Program-made: the position numbers and the translations under genes
Part shown: positions 11,966 to 24,715 of the stretch, in pieces
How the letters are laid out: each line of letters starts with the position of its first letter
Position numbering within the stretch: the first letter of the stretch is position 1
Source: Anolis carolinensis
Lineage: Eukaryota
NCBI RefSeq assembly: GCF_035594765.1
Contig: NC_085843.1
Span: 9,873,955 to 9,937,954, forward strand
Direction: 5' to 3'
Length of the DNA stretch: 64,000 bases
The notes under the pieces: generated by a model
What the model saw: only the letters and a program-made list of their open reading frames with translations
Told to the model about the DNA's origin: nothing
Database searches by the model: none

Positions 11966-12877
11966 CAATGTCGTTGTGTCAATGATGATGATGATGATGT
12001 AATTAATAACAATAGTACTCAAGGGAAGACCCAAACGTGTGACCTTTTTTCAAATACGTAAACATGTCTTTTTAAAACCATCTCTTCACCAAGTTAAGCA
12101 TACCTAGCTCCATAAGCTGCTCTTCGGATGGATTCATGGTTTCCAGACCTTTGACTATTTGGGTCCCACATCTCTCTGGGATTTCTAAAGCTGGCCCACG
12201 ATACACCCAAAGGTGACTGACAACCAAGATGGAATGGTTTTAGATGACATTCCAAAGCTTTGTTTGCCAAGGCTGGTCACCTTTCCGTAATGAAGGGAAA
12301 CACCCTGGATTCCTGACTTTTTATGGTCATAGAAAAATCTCAGTGGCGAACCTTATTCCAGAGCCAAGGGGAAAATGTGCCATACCTTTCAATCAAACGT
12401 ATTATCAAGCAGCAATCTCAACCACATACTCTGTGGGTACATCTACACCCATGTCCCCGCATGGAGCTGGAGCTGACAGAGGGAGCTCATCCACGCTCTC
12501 CCCAGGTGCTTATAACAAGCAAAGTCTAGCCCAAGGATGGGCAAACTTTGGCCCTCCCTGCAGGTGCTTTGGACTTCAACTCCCACGATTCCTAACAGCC
12601 TTCCGGCTGTTAGGAATCGTGGGAGTTGAAGTCCAAAACACCTGGAGGGAGGGCCAAAGTTTGCCCATGCCTGATCTACACTGTAGAATTGATGCAGTTT
12701 GACACTACTTTAACTACCACGGCTCAATGCTATGGAATCCTGGGAGCTGTAGTTTGGTGAGGGGCCCACTAAAGACCTTGTGAAACTACAACTCCCAGGA
12801 CTCCATAGCATTGAGCTGGGACAGCCAAAGTGATGCCAAACTGCATCAATTCTTCACCGTAGAATGATAATGATGTA

Positions 12878-13185
12878 CAGTAGAGTCTCACTTATCCAAC
12901 ATTCTGGATTATCCAATGCATTTTTGTAGTCAATGTTTTCAGTGCATTGTGATATTTCGGTGCTAAATTCGTAAATACAGTAATTACTACATAGCATGAC
13001 TGCATATTGAACTACTTTTTCTGTCAAATTTGTTGTATAACATGATGTTTTGGTGCTTAATTTGTAAAATCATAACCTAATTTGATGTTTCATAGGCTTT
13101 TTCTTGATCCCTCCTTATTATCCAACATATTCGCTTATCCAACGTTCTGCCGGCCCGTTTATGTTGGATAAGTGAGACTCTACTG
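12878..13185. mobile_element. Tc1/mariner (Tigger/pogo-like) MITE, ~310 bp (representative copy)
   Basis: TIR CAGTAGAGTCTCACTTATCCAA with TA duplication. Copies at ~385-701, 15804-16124, 16365-16467, 16561-16883, 25675-25875, 52370-52689 and 53678-54295. Confidence 0.85.
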
Positions 13186-14114
13186 TACTTTGAATTAAGT
13201 GCAGCCTGAACCCACTCTTATAGCAAAAGGTGCAGACGGCTCTCCATATCCACAGATTCTGTATCCATGGGTTCAAACAATTCAACCCAAAATTTATTTA
13301 TTTATTTATTTATTTATTTACAGCATTTATATTCCACCCTTCTCACCCCAAAGGGGACTCGGGGTGGATCACATTACACATATAGGCAAACATTCAATGC
13401 CTTTTAACATAGAACAAAGACAAGACAAACATAGGCTCCGAGCGGGCCTCGAACTCATGACCTCCTGGTCAGAGTGATTCATTGCAGTGATTCATTGCAG
13501 CTGCTCTCCAGCCTGCGCCACAGCCCAATAGCAAGCCTTGATTTTGCCCTTTCATATGAGGGAGACCATTTTACTACATCACTGTATATAATGTGATTGC
13601 GAATGAAGGATATTTTCCAATCGAAAATGTAATTTACGTGGAAAGATACACAAGATAGGGAGATGCAGTAGTTTCATTTTGTCTCAGCCTCCAAGGAAGA
13701 ATGAGATTCCTCTTCCTCCTTTTCCCTCTCCTTCCTTCAATGGCTGCATCTACACTTGCAGAATTAATGAATTAGACTATAGGTAAAGGTAAAGGTTTCC
13801 CCTGACGTTAAGTCTAGTCATGTCTGACTCTGGAGGTTGGTGCTCATCTCCATTTCTAAGCCAAAGAGCCAGCGTTGTCCGTAGACACCTCCAAGGTCAT
13901 GTGGCCGGCATGACTGCATGGCACGCCATTACCTTCCCACCGGAGCAGTACCTGTTGATCTACTCACATTTGATCTACTCACATTTGGCAGAAGAATTAG
14001 ACTATATGTCAGTGCAAATCCAGTCTGACTCCTCTCTAACAAAGCAGAAAACAATGCTGCCCCCTGGTGTTCACAATAGAGATGCATAAAAATAACTCTA
14101 AAAGTTAAAAAAAA

Positions 14115-14842
14115 GTTGTGTTGGTGTGAGTTTCCCGGGCTGTCTGGCCATGTTCCAGAAGCATTCTCTCATGGCGTTTCACCCACATCTATGGCAGGCA
14201 TCCTTAGACGTTGTGAGGTCTGTTGGAAACTAGGCAAGTGAAATTTATCTATCTATGGAATCTTGATGAACCAACCTAGACACAGCACGTGATTTGAGAA
14301 CACAGAAATGCTAGACCACCCTAACAACCACTATGTCAGATTACACAGAGAAGCCATTGAAATCCACAAGCATGTGGACAATTTCAACAGAAAGGAGGAA
14401 ACCATGAAAATGACAAAATCTGGCTACCAGTGTTGAAAACTTCTAAAATCAGTACAGTAAATAAAGAACAACACTCAGAAAACAGAGGAATTCCAGACAC
14501 TAAACAATCAGGGCCAGTTAGCACCTCCCAACAAAGGATTCCCCCAGGTAGGAAGCAGCCAAGCTTTGAAGCTGCAAGGCCATTCAATGCTATTCAAGGT
14601 GGCCAAGTGCAACATTCACACTTGCTTCAAACAGACAAGAATTCTTTCTCTCACCCTGGACATTATTCCACAGATATATAAACCTCACTTGCCTCGTTTC
14701 CAACAGACCTCACAACCTCTGAGGATGCCTGCCATAGATGTGGGCGAAACGGCAGGAGAGAATGCTTCTGGAATATGGCCACACAGCCCAGAAAATTCAC
14801 AGCACCCTGTGATTCTGGCCACGAAAGCCTTCGACAACACAT
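14115..14842. mobile_element. Penelope fragment with inverted pLTR
   Basis: Minus pLTR 14115-14260, then a plus GIY-YIG tail and pLTR to 14842. Confidence 0.8.
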
Positions 14843-14939
14843 TTTAAAAAGTCATTTGCCCTCCCTAGTCAGACTACTACGAAATCATATTATAAGACAA
14901 GCAGGGAATAATTGTAAAAAGATGAGCAAATACTTAGAA

Positions 14940-15300
14940 AATGTCTTTTTACAGAACATTTTATTAACTGTGAGCGTATCAGCATCAAATACAGTTTGAT
15001 ATAAATAATAACATACAAGCACTGGATTGTCGCAGGCAAGCAACAATCAAAGTGTGGACTGTGCTAAAATATACAAAAGGAGTCCTTGGAAATAATTATG
15101 AGAGGCATAAATCACAATTTGAAATTGATCAGAATGGATTTTCTTGCTAATCAGTGTCATGAGCCGATGAAAAGTATTCAAGTATTCTTTCCTATGATCA
15201 CAACAGAACACCAGCCACACGAAAACAAGTCCCTTGGAGCAAAGTCGAGCTGAATGTCAATATCAGCCATGCAGCCTCCTGGTGATCGCGGTGAGATGAC
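14940..15300 (-). other. Candidate non-coding 3' exon of THRSP copy 1
   Basis: Acceptor tctttttcaattaattctgtag ends at 15301; AATAAA at 14960-14965 (minus); mirrors the two-exon THRSP architecture. The 3' end is approximate. Confidence 0.55.
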
Positions 15301-17048
15301 CTACAGAATTAATTGAAAAAGATATCGATAATTTTAATATATATTTATATATTTCCTACCAGAACATTTTTATTCAAGTACAGAATTATATACACTTAAA
15401 ATAAATAAATAAACAACACTCCTAGCAGCTTCAGGTTGTCTAGTACACCTTACAAGATATCAAGGGCAATTAAAGTTCCATTATTCACATAGCAAGTATA
15501 ATGTCTTCTCCAACTATTTCTTGATATCTGCTAACCACATATCAATTAAAAAGTCTTACACAACTCCACAAAAGACAAATTATATGGGGGATCCACTCAG
15601 ATAACCACTTTGATAAGTCTTTTAACTAATGAAATAGTTCAGGACTATGCAGTAAGGACAAGAGTAATCTTAACTGCATTATAATTAATAATAAATACAT
15701 AGAAACAACACAGATTCATCACCTTGCATTGAAAATTGGGACTTAAAAAGACTCACAATGTAAAATAATTCAATTACAACATACAAAAAATATATTAGAA
15801 ATACAGTAGAGTCTCACGTATCCAAGCAAACGGGCCGGCAGAAGCCTGGATAAGCAGATATCTTGGATAATAAGGAGGGATTAAGGAAAAGCCTATTAAA
15901 CATCAATTAGGTTATGATTTTACAAATTAAGCACCAAAACATCATGTTATACAACAAATTTGACAGAAAAAGTAGTTCAATACGCAGTAATGCTATGTAG
16001 TAATTACTGTATTTATTAATTTAGCACCAAAATATCACGATGCATTGAAAACATTGACTACAAAAATGCGTTGGATAATCTAGAACGTTGGATAAGTGAG
16101 TGTTGGATAAGTGAGACTCTACTGTAATTACAATCAGGCTTGATTTTAATTGCATGGTCATCAAGTATCCAAAATGATAAATTACCAAGAAATGCACCTA
16201 GATGTTCACAGTCATGCATTATTTTATGGATTATTCTGCTCATTCACAATAAATCCTTTCATTTTGTCATTTAAAACACACCTGTCAATACAAAATCAAG
16301 GCAATGCCTGAAGTTCAGCATAATATGGCAGGAATACAATAAAGTGAGAAAATAAGTTGGTAGCATGTTTAATAGGCTTTTTTCTTAACCCCTCCTTATT
16401 ATCCAACATTTTCCCTTATCCAATGTTTTGCCAGCCTGTTTATGTTGGGTAAGTGAGACTCTACTGTACTTCAGACCAGTTTGGAATAGTCTTAAGTGAG
16501 ATCCTATAGATATCTGAGGCTAGAGGTGAATGGGATTACAATCAGCAAAAAATCAAAGTACAGTAGAGTCTCATTTATCCAACACTCGCTTATCCAACAT
16601 TCTGGATTATCCAATGCATTATTGTATTCAATGTTTTCAATACATCATGATATTTTGGTGCTAAATTCGTAAATACAGTAATTACTACATAGCATTATTT
16701 CATATTGAACTACTTTTTCTGTCAAATTTGTTGTATAACATGATGTTTGGATGCCTAATTTGTAAAATCATAACCTAATTTGATGTTTAATAGGCTTTTC
16801 CTTAATCCTTCCTTATTATCCAACATATTTGCTTATCCAACATTCTGCCGGCCCTTTTATCTTGGATAAGTGAGACTCTACTGTATCAGACAACTCATAC
16901 TTGTTGTGTCCGATCTGGAAGAGCCTCAGGTTTTTGATCCTACAGAGATCTGATTGAGGAGAAGTTATCTGACTTACTTTCCCATTCATCCTGCCCACCT
17001 TGGAGTTGCAAGGACATCTTACCTTTGTCTCCTTCAGCTGTGCTTTTC

Positions 17049-17429
17049 TCAGAAGCTGAGTCTCTTTTCGTTCCCGTTTATCTGCCCCATAATTTCATTG
17101 TATTTGGAGGTCACTGCATTGGCTCTCTGGGTCAGCTGCGTGAGGACGCGGTACAAACTGGAGACGTGGTAGTGGAAGAAGCCTTCCAAGTCCTCGTCTT
17201 CATGAACCTCTTCTTCACTAACGAGAGATGTTTGGTGGCTGCGGGGCAGCAGGCCTCCTTCCACCACCAACTTGATGGATTTCAACAACATGTAATACTC
17301 GTACAGGTCTTTTTCCTCAGAGCCAGAATCAGACGTGTCCTCCTTCCCTTCCAAAGAGACTCCTTGTAGAAGACTGGGAAACATGACTGTCTGTTCCATT
17401 TTGTGCACAGCTGAAAAGTACTCTTCCAT
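17049..17429 (-). CDS. THRSP: Spot14/THRSP-family protein, copy 1 (126 aa)
   Basis: MEEYFSAVHKMEQTVMFPSLL...DLYEYYMLLKSIK...DLEGFFHYHVSSLYRVLTQLTQRANAVTSKYNE has the three Spot14/MIG12 conserved blocks. accATGG Kozak context; donor AAG|gtaaga at 17023/17022 just after the stop. Confidence 0.92.
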   Translation of the reverse strand: MEEYFSAVHKMEQTVMFPSLLQGVSLEGKEDTSDSGSEEKDLYEYYMLLKSIKLVVEGGLLPRSHQTSLVSEEEVHEDEDLEGFFHYHVSSLYRVLTQLTQRANAVTSKYNEIMGQINGNEKRLSF

Positions 17430-18107
17430 GGTTTTCCTTCGTCTCAGGTCCTGGTGTATGAATGGAGCTCTCCGCCGAGTCTCACGAAGCCTGGTTTGCA
17501 GTGACTGGTCTTTTACCCGCTCAGTTCGTGGCAATTTATGAGCCCATGCTGAATGATAATCATCCGGAGAGCATGTAGCCGGGATGCCTTCCACTCAAGG
17601 GGTGAATGACACTCCTCTTTCCCCAGCAAATAGGATCCTTTCTTTTTGAACACCCCAGCGAATGGTCCGTTCGTTCGCAATGTGACTTTGTTTACAGGTT
17701 GGAATGCTCTCAAACAAAACGAAGGGCTAAATCAGGATGTTTGACCCCTCAAATGAGGGCAGAATAGGCTGATCAGCTTATAGCCCAGTTATTGCATCAG
17801 ACACCGAGTGGGAAATTCCTAGCATGTTTTGAGCAAGCCATTCCACTCCACTCCACGCCATATTGATCTGGGGAGTGGGGGGGGGGGGGGTCCTCAAACT
17901 TTTTAAGTGGAGGGCCGATTCACAGTCCCTCAGACTGTTAGGGGGCCGGACTATGATGAAATAGTCCAAAATTAAGATTGTTGTTGTTGTGTGCCTTCAA
18001 GTAATTTCAGACTTAGATCAACCCGAAGTCTAAAGTTTAGGACAGAGGCCAGGTCAATGACCTTGGAGGGCTGCATCTGGCCCATGGGCCTTATTTGGGG
18101 ACCCCTG

Positions 18108-18437
18108 ATCTAGTCAATCTCATAAGACCATAGGTAAGCAAAGAGACCTCCAAAGACCATCTAGACCAGGGGTCCCCAAACTTTTTAAGCCGAGGGCCGG
18201 TCCACAATCCTTCAGACTGTTGAGGGGCCAGATTATCATTTGAAAAAAACAAACAAACAAATTCCGATGCACACTGCACATGTCTTATTTGTAGTGCAAA
18301 AACAACAACAACAAGAAAAGTGAAAGAACAATACAATATTTAAAAATAAAAACAATTTTAACCAACATACATTGATCAGGATTTCAATGGGAAGTGTGGT
18401 CCTGCTTCTGGCCAATGAAATAGTCAAGTTAATTAGG

Positions 18438-18481
<44 letters not shown>

Positions 18482-19288
18482 GTGCCTTCAAGTCATTTCA
18501 GACTTTGGGCGAGCCTAAGTCTAAAATTTATTTATTTATTATTTATTTATTTACTGCATTTATTTACTACATTTGTATCACACCCTTCTGACCCCAAAGG
18601 GGACTCAGAGTGGCTTACAAATTATATGTACATACAATATATTATATTATTAGCATAGCACAATATTAGCATTATATATTACTATATTGAACTATGCCAC
18701 TATACTGTAATATTATTAGTAATATTATATGTAATATAGAACATATAATTAATATTATTATATGGTATTATTATTAGTGTTACATTGTATTACATTATAA
18801 TATTATTATCAATATTATATGTATATACAATATATTATATTATAAAACTGAGGGCGGGGGCCAGGTAAATGACCTCGGAGGGCCATATCCGGCCCCCGGG
18901 CCTTAGTTTGGGGACCCCTGATCTAGACGGTCTCATAAGACCATAGGTAAGGAAAGTGACCCTCAAAGGCCATCTAGATGACCTCATCAGGCCATCAGAA
19001 GACCACAGATAAGGAAAGGGACCCTCAAAGACCACCGAGATGGTTTCATAAGACCATAGAGAAGGAAAGGGCCCCCCAAAGGCCATCTAGACTCATAAAA
19101 CCATAGGTAAGGAAAGGGGCCCTCAAAGGCCATCTAGACGGTCTCATAGGACCATAGGTAAGGAAAGTGACCTCCAAAAGCCATCTAGATTGTCTCATAA
19201 GGCCGTAGCTAAGCACAGAGACCTTCAAAAACCATCTAGACGATCTCATAAGACCATAGGTAAGCAAAAAGACCTCCAAAGACCAGGT
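18108..19288. repeat. ~51-bp minisatellite (about 8 units) split by an OC1-like hAT
   Basis: Unit atctagacggtctcataagaccataggtaaggaaagtgaccctcaaaggcc at 18108-18158 and 18921-19288. Confidence 0.85.
18167..18920. mobile_element. Non-autonomous hAT (OposCharlie1/OC1-like)
   Basis: TIRs CAGGGGTCCCCAAACT; perfect 8-bp TSD atctagac; internal aacaaattccgatgcacactgcacatgtcttatt as recalled for OC1. Related pieces at ~17886-18107 and 19289-19388. Confidence 0.8.
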
Positions 19289-21241
19289 AGACTTAGGTCA
19301 ACTCTAAGTCTAAAGTTTAGGACAGGGGCCAGGTCAATGACCTTGGAGGGCCACATCCGGCCACCGGGCCTTAGTTTGGGGACCCCTGATCTGGGGATTT
19401 AACAGGAGCTAAGATCTGTATTTGTACAACCTTATTGGCCGAAGGAAGAGCATAACCCATACTCAAGGGACTGTATTGTATGATAACTGTTGCCAGACAC
19501 CAGATCAGCAGATTTTTGTGTTGTCTTTCACCAGTCTGCTATCTCTCCCATTGAGGCCCATCATTAGCCACAGTCCCACCTTGTGCAGTGAGTCCTGATC
19601 TCCTTGCAATTGTGCAAAACCATGATGGGAAACACTTTATGATGAGAAGTAGTTGCTATTCCACATTACAGAAATGGGGTGAGATAGTGACAAGGGTGCA
19701 GTAATGTCAAAAAATGCAACAAAGGGTGCATCTTCACTGGCACATTTACCGTAAAGGAATGGCAAATCCTCGCCACGGTAGTTGTACTGTAAGACAATTA
19801 CCTTCACAGGGTCCTGGCTCAGGAGGGAAATCAGGCAGAGAAATTGAGTCTCGTGAGAGATGCAAAAAGCAAAGTTTATTTTCACATAGCTATGCCTGGT
19901 AGCACAGTGCGTTAAAGCTCTGAGCTGCTGAACTTGTGGACAAAAAGATTCCAGGTTCAAATCCCTGGAGCGGAATGAGCACCCACTGTTGCCCCAGCTC
20001 TTGCCAACCTAGCAGTTCGAAAACATGCAAATGTGAGTAGATCCATAGGTACCGCTCTGGCGGGAAAGTAACGGCGCTCCATGCAGTCATGCCTGCCACA
20101 TGACCTTGGAGATGTCTATGGACAACTCCGGCTCTTCGGCTTAGAAATGGAGATGAGCATCAACCCCCAGAGTCGGATACGACTGGACTTTTTGCTTTTT
20201 GCCAGTCTGCTATCTCTCCCATTGACTGGTCAGGCGAAACCTTTACCTACCTATGAGAAGGCGGACAGCTGTACATACTCCAGAGGGCTGCACAATGCAA
20301 ATGGCTGCCACAAAGGATTTTATATCTCAGCCTTATCTAGAATTGACCAGTGGCTGAGGGTCTTCCTCACCTTCCACACCTACTTTGGCATAAATGATAC
20401 CAATGACCTAACCTGTTTACTCCGAGCTCTCCTCTCTCCTTAGAACTTTCTGGAGAAAAAGGGAGGGGCATATGCAGGGACAAAACTACATAGGCAATAG
20501 TTTACTACTTTCTGGCTTATAGTCCCTTCAGTACAACCCATGAACAAATGCACGTAAACACAGCTCACTGCAGAGTGTGGTGGGAGTTTCCTTTTCTGGA
20601 GGGTTTTAAGTTGGATGGCCATCTGTCAGGAGTACTTTGATTGTGTTTTTCCTGGTTGGTTTTGGTGGCCATTGTGGTCTCTGATAACTCTATGATCCTG
20701 TGATTCGCTTAATGTGACTTTGAGCCGCATTAACAGAAGCCACGGGGTGCTCCAGAGCTTCTCCAAAACTCCAGAGGAAACTGCAACTTTGGGTACATGT
20801 CATCAGCTGTGCTATTGACTTCCTATTTGGTTGAAGACATTTTCCTTGCACTTGGGTAGTCTTGAGTGAGAGGATGGCACTTAACTTTCCATGTCAGTCT
20901 GGCATTTGCAGTGCTCACTGGGTACAAAAATGACACTGAACACTGCTTGGCATCTGGAATTAGGTTAGCTCAGGCATGGCCAAACTTTGGCCTTCCTTCC
21001 AGGTGTTTTGGACTTCAACTCCCACAGTTCCTAACAGCTGGTGGGCTGTTAGGAATTGTGGGAGTTGAAGTCCAAAACAGCTGGAGGGAAGGCCGAAGTT
21101 TGCCCGTGCCTGGGTTAGCCAAAGTGATTAATCAGTATAATCATTTCTGGCCTGTCAACATGAATCCTAAAACAAATCAGATGGTTTACTGATTTCTAGA
21201 GAAAGAAATATCTATCCATCTCCATTTTTCAAAGGAAATGG

Positions 21242-23348
21242 TGTTATCGACCGCGTTTCAGGGGATCGGGCCCTTAAGGAGAGACCCGACCCGGTCCTGA
21301 GAGAACGGACCTTGGCAGAGCCAATAGGAAAATATGAGCCGCAATACAACCTGAAGCCGAAATGAAGAAGGTCCGCCAAAGTTGAAGGAAAATTCCGCCA
21401 AGGAGTCTTTATTGAGCGATTCAGCCGAAAAGGACTCTAGTAGTGATCATTCAGTCTACTAGGGTACCACATAATCAAAATAAAGCCATATTTATACAAA
21501 ATTTCAGTCTGACAGCCCTTTGAATTTCCCGCCCCGCTCCCCCGCCCATCTGATCGTTGATAGGCTAGAAGGTTGAACGAGGCGGGCTTTCATTTCCCAC
21601 CTTGCTCTGTTGGCCCAATAGGGAGCTGCTTTTTGTCCCCACTCGAGCCAATCAGGAAGGAGAAGGCGGGAGTTATTGAAACAATGAAGTGACAGGGCAG
21701 GAAATATCGGATTAATTCCTGCTAGACCGATTTCTAAAGGGATTAATGGCAGCAATCAAGGGTGTCCGGGTTTCTGTCACATATACAGATTTTAGATATG
21801 CCTTGGGGTGTCAGAGGTGGAAGTAAAGATGGGTGACGATGAGCCATATTGACAGGCTCTGCAGGGCGCCTTCCTGAGGTGTCCTGGATTTTCCTTTGGG
21901 TGAGATATGACAATGTTTGCCTTGGGGCGAATCACCTTTAGGACAACACTCTGAATTCGGCGACTCAAGCCCTATATTGTCCATGCAATCTGAATTTGAT
22001 TGGGTTAAGCGGTGGCAGATTATCCTTTTGTTTTTGGGAAGGGAAGCCTGGGTCATAGGAAATGGGATAGGTTCTGGGGTTCAGGTTGAGTTCAAAATAT
22101 TTCCTATTTGATTTCATGACTTGACAATTATATGAAATAAAATGAAAAATAAAATAAAGTTGGAATATAAACCCTGCTGGGAAAAATACATATTTTCCGG
22201 GGATCCCAAAGAGTACAAATACATATAGGCAGACAGATAGATTTCATGGAAATAAGGGAGAATCCATAAAAGTGAGTTACATTGCATAAAGGGGAATCAT
22301 GAATGATATAAACAATTGAAAATATTTGACAAGAACGAAGTTCATAACATCTGGGGAACCCAATATGGAAATTCATAAAAGTGGAGTTTTAGCAGCATGA
22401 TTTTACAATTCATGAAGTTAGCCCAACGATTAGAAATTCATACAACAGTGATTCATGAGGGTGTCCAGGTACATAGAATATGAAAATTCACGGATACATT
22501 GGGAAAAGAGTTCATCTGTGGTGGAAGGAATTCATAGAAATAGCATGGGGAAGAGGTACATGTGAGTTGCAGTCTTTGGAAGTATAGGATTTCATAAGTT
22601 CAGGGGTAGGTTTGGGGAAGAGTGTTCTTCTCATTCATAAAATTATGAAGGTGTGAATGAAACGTGGAGGGCGCCCGTCCAGGCACCCTCCTGGCAGCTG
22701 TAGAGAGGGTGAAGGTCCTTGGAGAACTATGTCTCCCCAGCGGGAGAGCGATCCCCCATCCACAGTTCACAGAAAGGGACCAGGGATCTCTTAAAACCAT
22801 CCCTCGGGTCACGGGGAGAGGAAAGTCCGGGATAAGGCTGGAAGAGAGCAGTCTGGCTTGAAAAGAGCAGTCGGTTCCGTTTGACAGTCAGCTGATGAGG
22901 TGCCGAGAACTGGACCGATTTTGGTTCCGCTGGTGGTCCTTGGGTCAGGAGCCTTAGGAAGGGTTAGGACTAAAAGAGGAGCGTGCTAGGGGTAATTTTG
23001 ATAAAGATATGAGCCAATTTGTATCGTCCGCCGTATTAACCTATGGCGGGGAAGCCTCCGCCAGGGTTTGAAGGTCGGACGGGTTAGAGAGAGAGAGAGA
23101 GGGGATTGCGTGCAAAAGAAGGAGTCAGGGAAAGACACAAAATAACCAGATAGAGAGTGTTACTGTTAAAAATGAATGCTACTTTTATTGGGGGGATTTG
23201 TTACATAGTTCAGGGAAGGGGAAAGTGAAGAAAAAAAGATCTTTTAATAATAGTCTGCTGCGGTCCCGCTCCGTTCCTTTGGTGATGGATCTGCGGAACT
23301 CTCCGCTGCGGGTTCAAATCAATTTGAAAGCTGGCGCCACGGTCATCA
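21242..23348 (-). mobile_element. Long solo-LTR-like insertion (2107 bp)
   Basis: TG...CA termini; 4-bp TSD atgg (21238-21241, 23349-23352); CpG-rich ends; minus-strand CCAAT/GC boxes, TATAAATA at ~21490-21497 and AATAAA at ~21408-21413. Confidence 0.72.
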
Positions 23349-23961
23349 ATGGGCAGGTATGAAAAGTCAAAGCAAAAATAGGAGACAAAACTTCACGTGT
23401 GAATAGATAATAATCACTTGCTTTATTTGTTTCCTGGGCTTCACATCACACAGAAATTTCTGTAGTTGCATAATATCTCTCTAAAATAATTAAGCAAACA
23501 TTTTGTATACTGTATTATACCATTTAATAAAATTATTGTGTAAAAGGCTTCAACATCACTGTTTTCCAGAATTCATTTAAAAAAAATCTCAGTTCTTTTA
23601 ATCAATCAAATTTCTATATAAAGTTTTTAGACAGCGAGTAACCACATTTAATAGGAACAGCTAATCCCAACCTGGAAGGGCGAAATTGTTCCAGTCTATT
23701 AAAAATGAGAAGACTGTTGGGAGAAAAGAGTAACAAGCCTAATTCTGCGCTAAAATAGTCAAATGGTCAAAGGTTCAAAACTATACTTTTAAAAGCCAAG
23801 TTAACTACTCAGAACCTTCAGTTTAATTTTGCTTTCATCCACTTTAGATTTTCTGAAATCTTAAATTCTTTCTGGGTCATGTGTGAAGAAATGTGTAAAG
23901 TTTGTAAAGCTCTCATTAAAACTAAAATAAATCAATTCCTGCTACTATTCGGTTCTCCACT

Positions 23962-24536
23962 TTTGTCTGCCTGAGGCAGGTGTGAATGTTGCAATTGGCC
24001 AGCTTGATTAGCATTGAATCATTGACAGTTGCCTCAAACAGACAAGAGATCTTTCTCTCACCCTGGACCTCCCACAGATATATAAACCTCACTTGCCTAG
24101 TTTCTTGTCTGGATTTCCCTTGTCTTCTGAGTGTTGTTCTTTATTTACTATCCTGATTTTAGAGTTTTTAAATACTGGCAGCCAGATTTTGTTAATTTTC
24201 ATGGTTTCTTCCTTTCTGTTGAAATTCCAGACAAACAATCAGGGCCAGTTAACACCTCCCAAAAGCATTCCCCCAGGCAGGAAACGCCCAGGCTTTGAAG
24301 CTGCAATGCTATTCAGTGCTAATCAAGCAGGCCAGTTGCAACATTAACACCTGCCTCAGGCAGACAAGAGTTCTTTCTCCCGCCCTGGACATTATTCCAC
24401 AGATATATAAACCCCACTTGCCTAATTTCCCACAGACCTCACCACCTCTGAGGATGCCTGCCATAGATGTGGGCGAAAAGTCAGGAGAGAATGCTTCTGG
24501 AACATGGCCAGACAGCCCGGAAAACTCGCAGCAACG
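23962..24536. mobile_element. Rearranged Penelope pLTR fragments
   Basis: Alternating plus and minus pieces of the same pLTR sequence. Confidence 0.75.
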
Positions 24537-24715
24537 CACAAATTTGCAAAGGTTTGTAAAGTTCTATTTAAAACTAAAAAAAAAACAAAAACCCATTCCT
24601 GCTGGTGTTTGGTTCTTCACACTATAAAGAATAATCTATTCATAAAGGAATTAGTATTGTTACCATGAAGGAAAGCAGTCATGTTTGGGAAGCATTGATT
24701 TGGATGTCATCATGC

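Noticed and set aside
18921-19288. CRISPR-like regular repeat array
   Set aside because: Head-to-tail degenerate units without unique spacers, no cas genes, and vertebrate context.
23086-23110. Polypurine tract followed by TG inside the 2.1-kb element, suggesting a two-LTR element
   Set aside because: The sequence after it does not match the element's other end, so there is no LTR pair.
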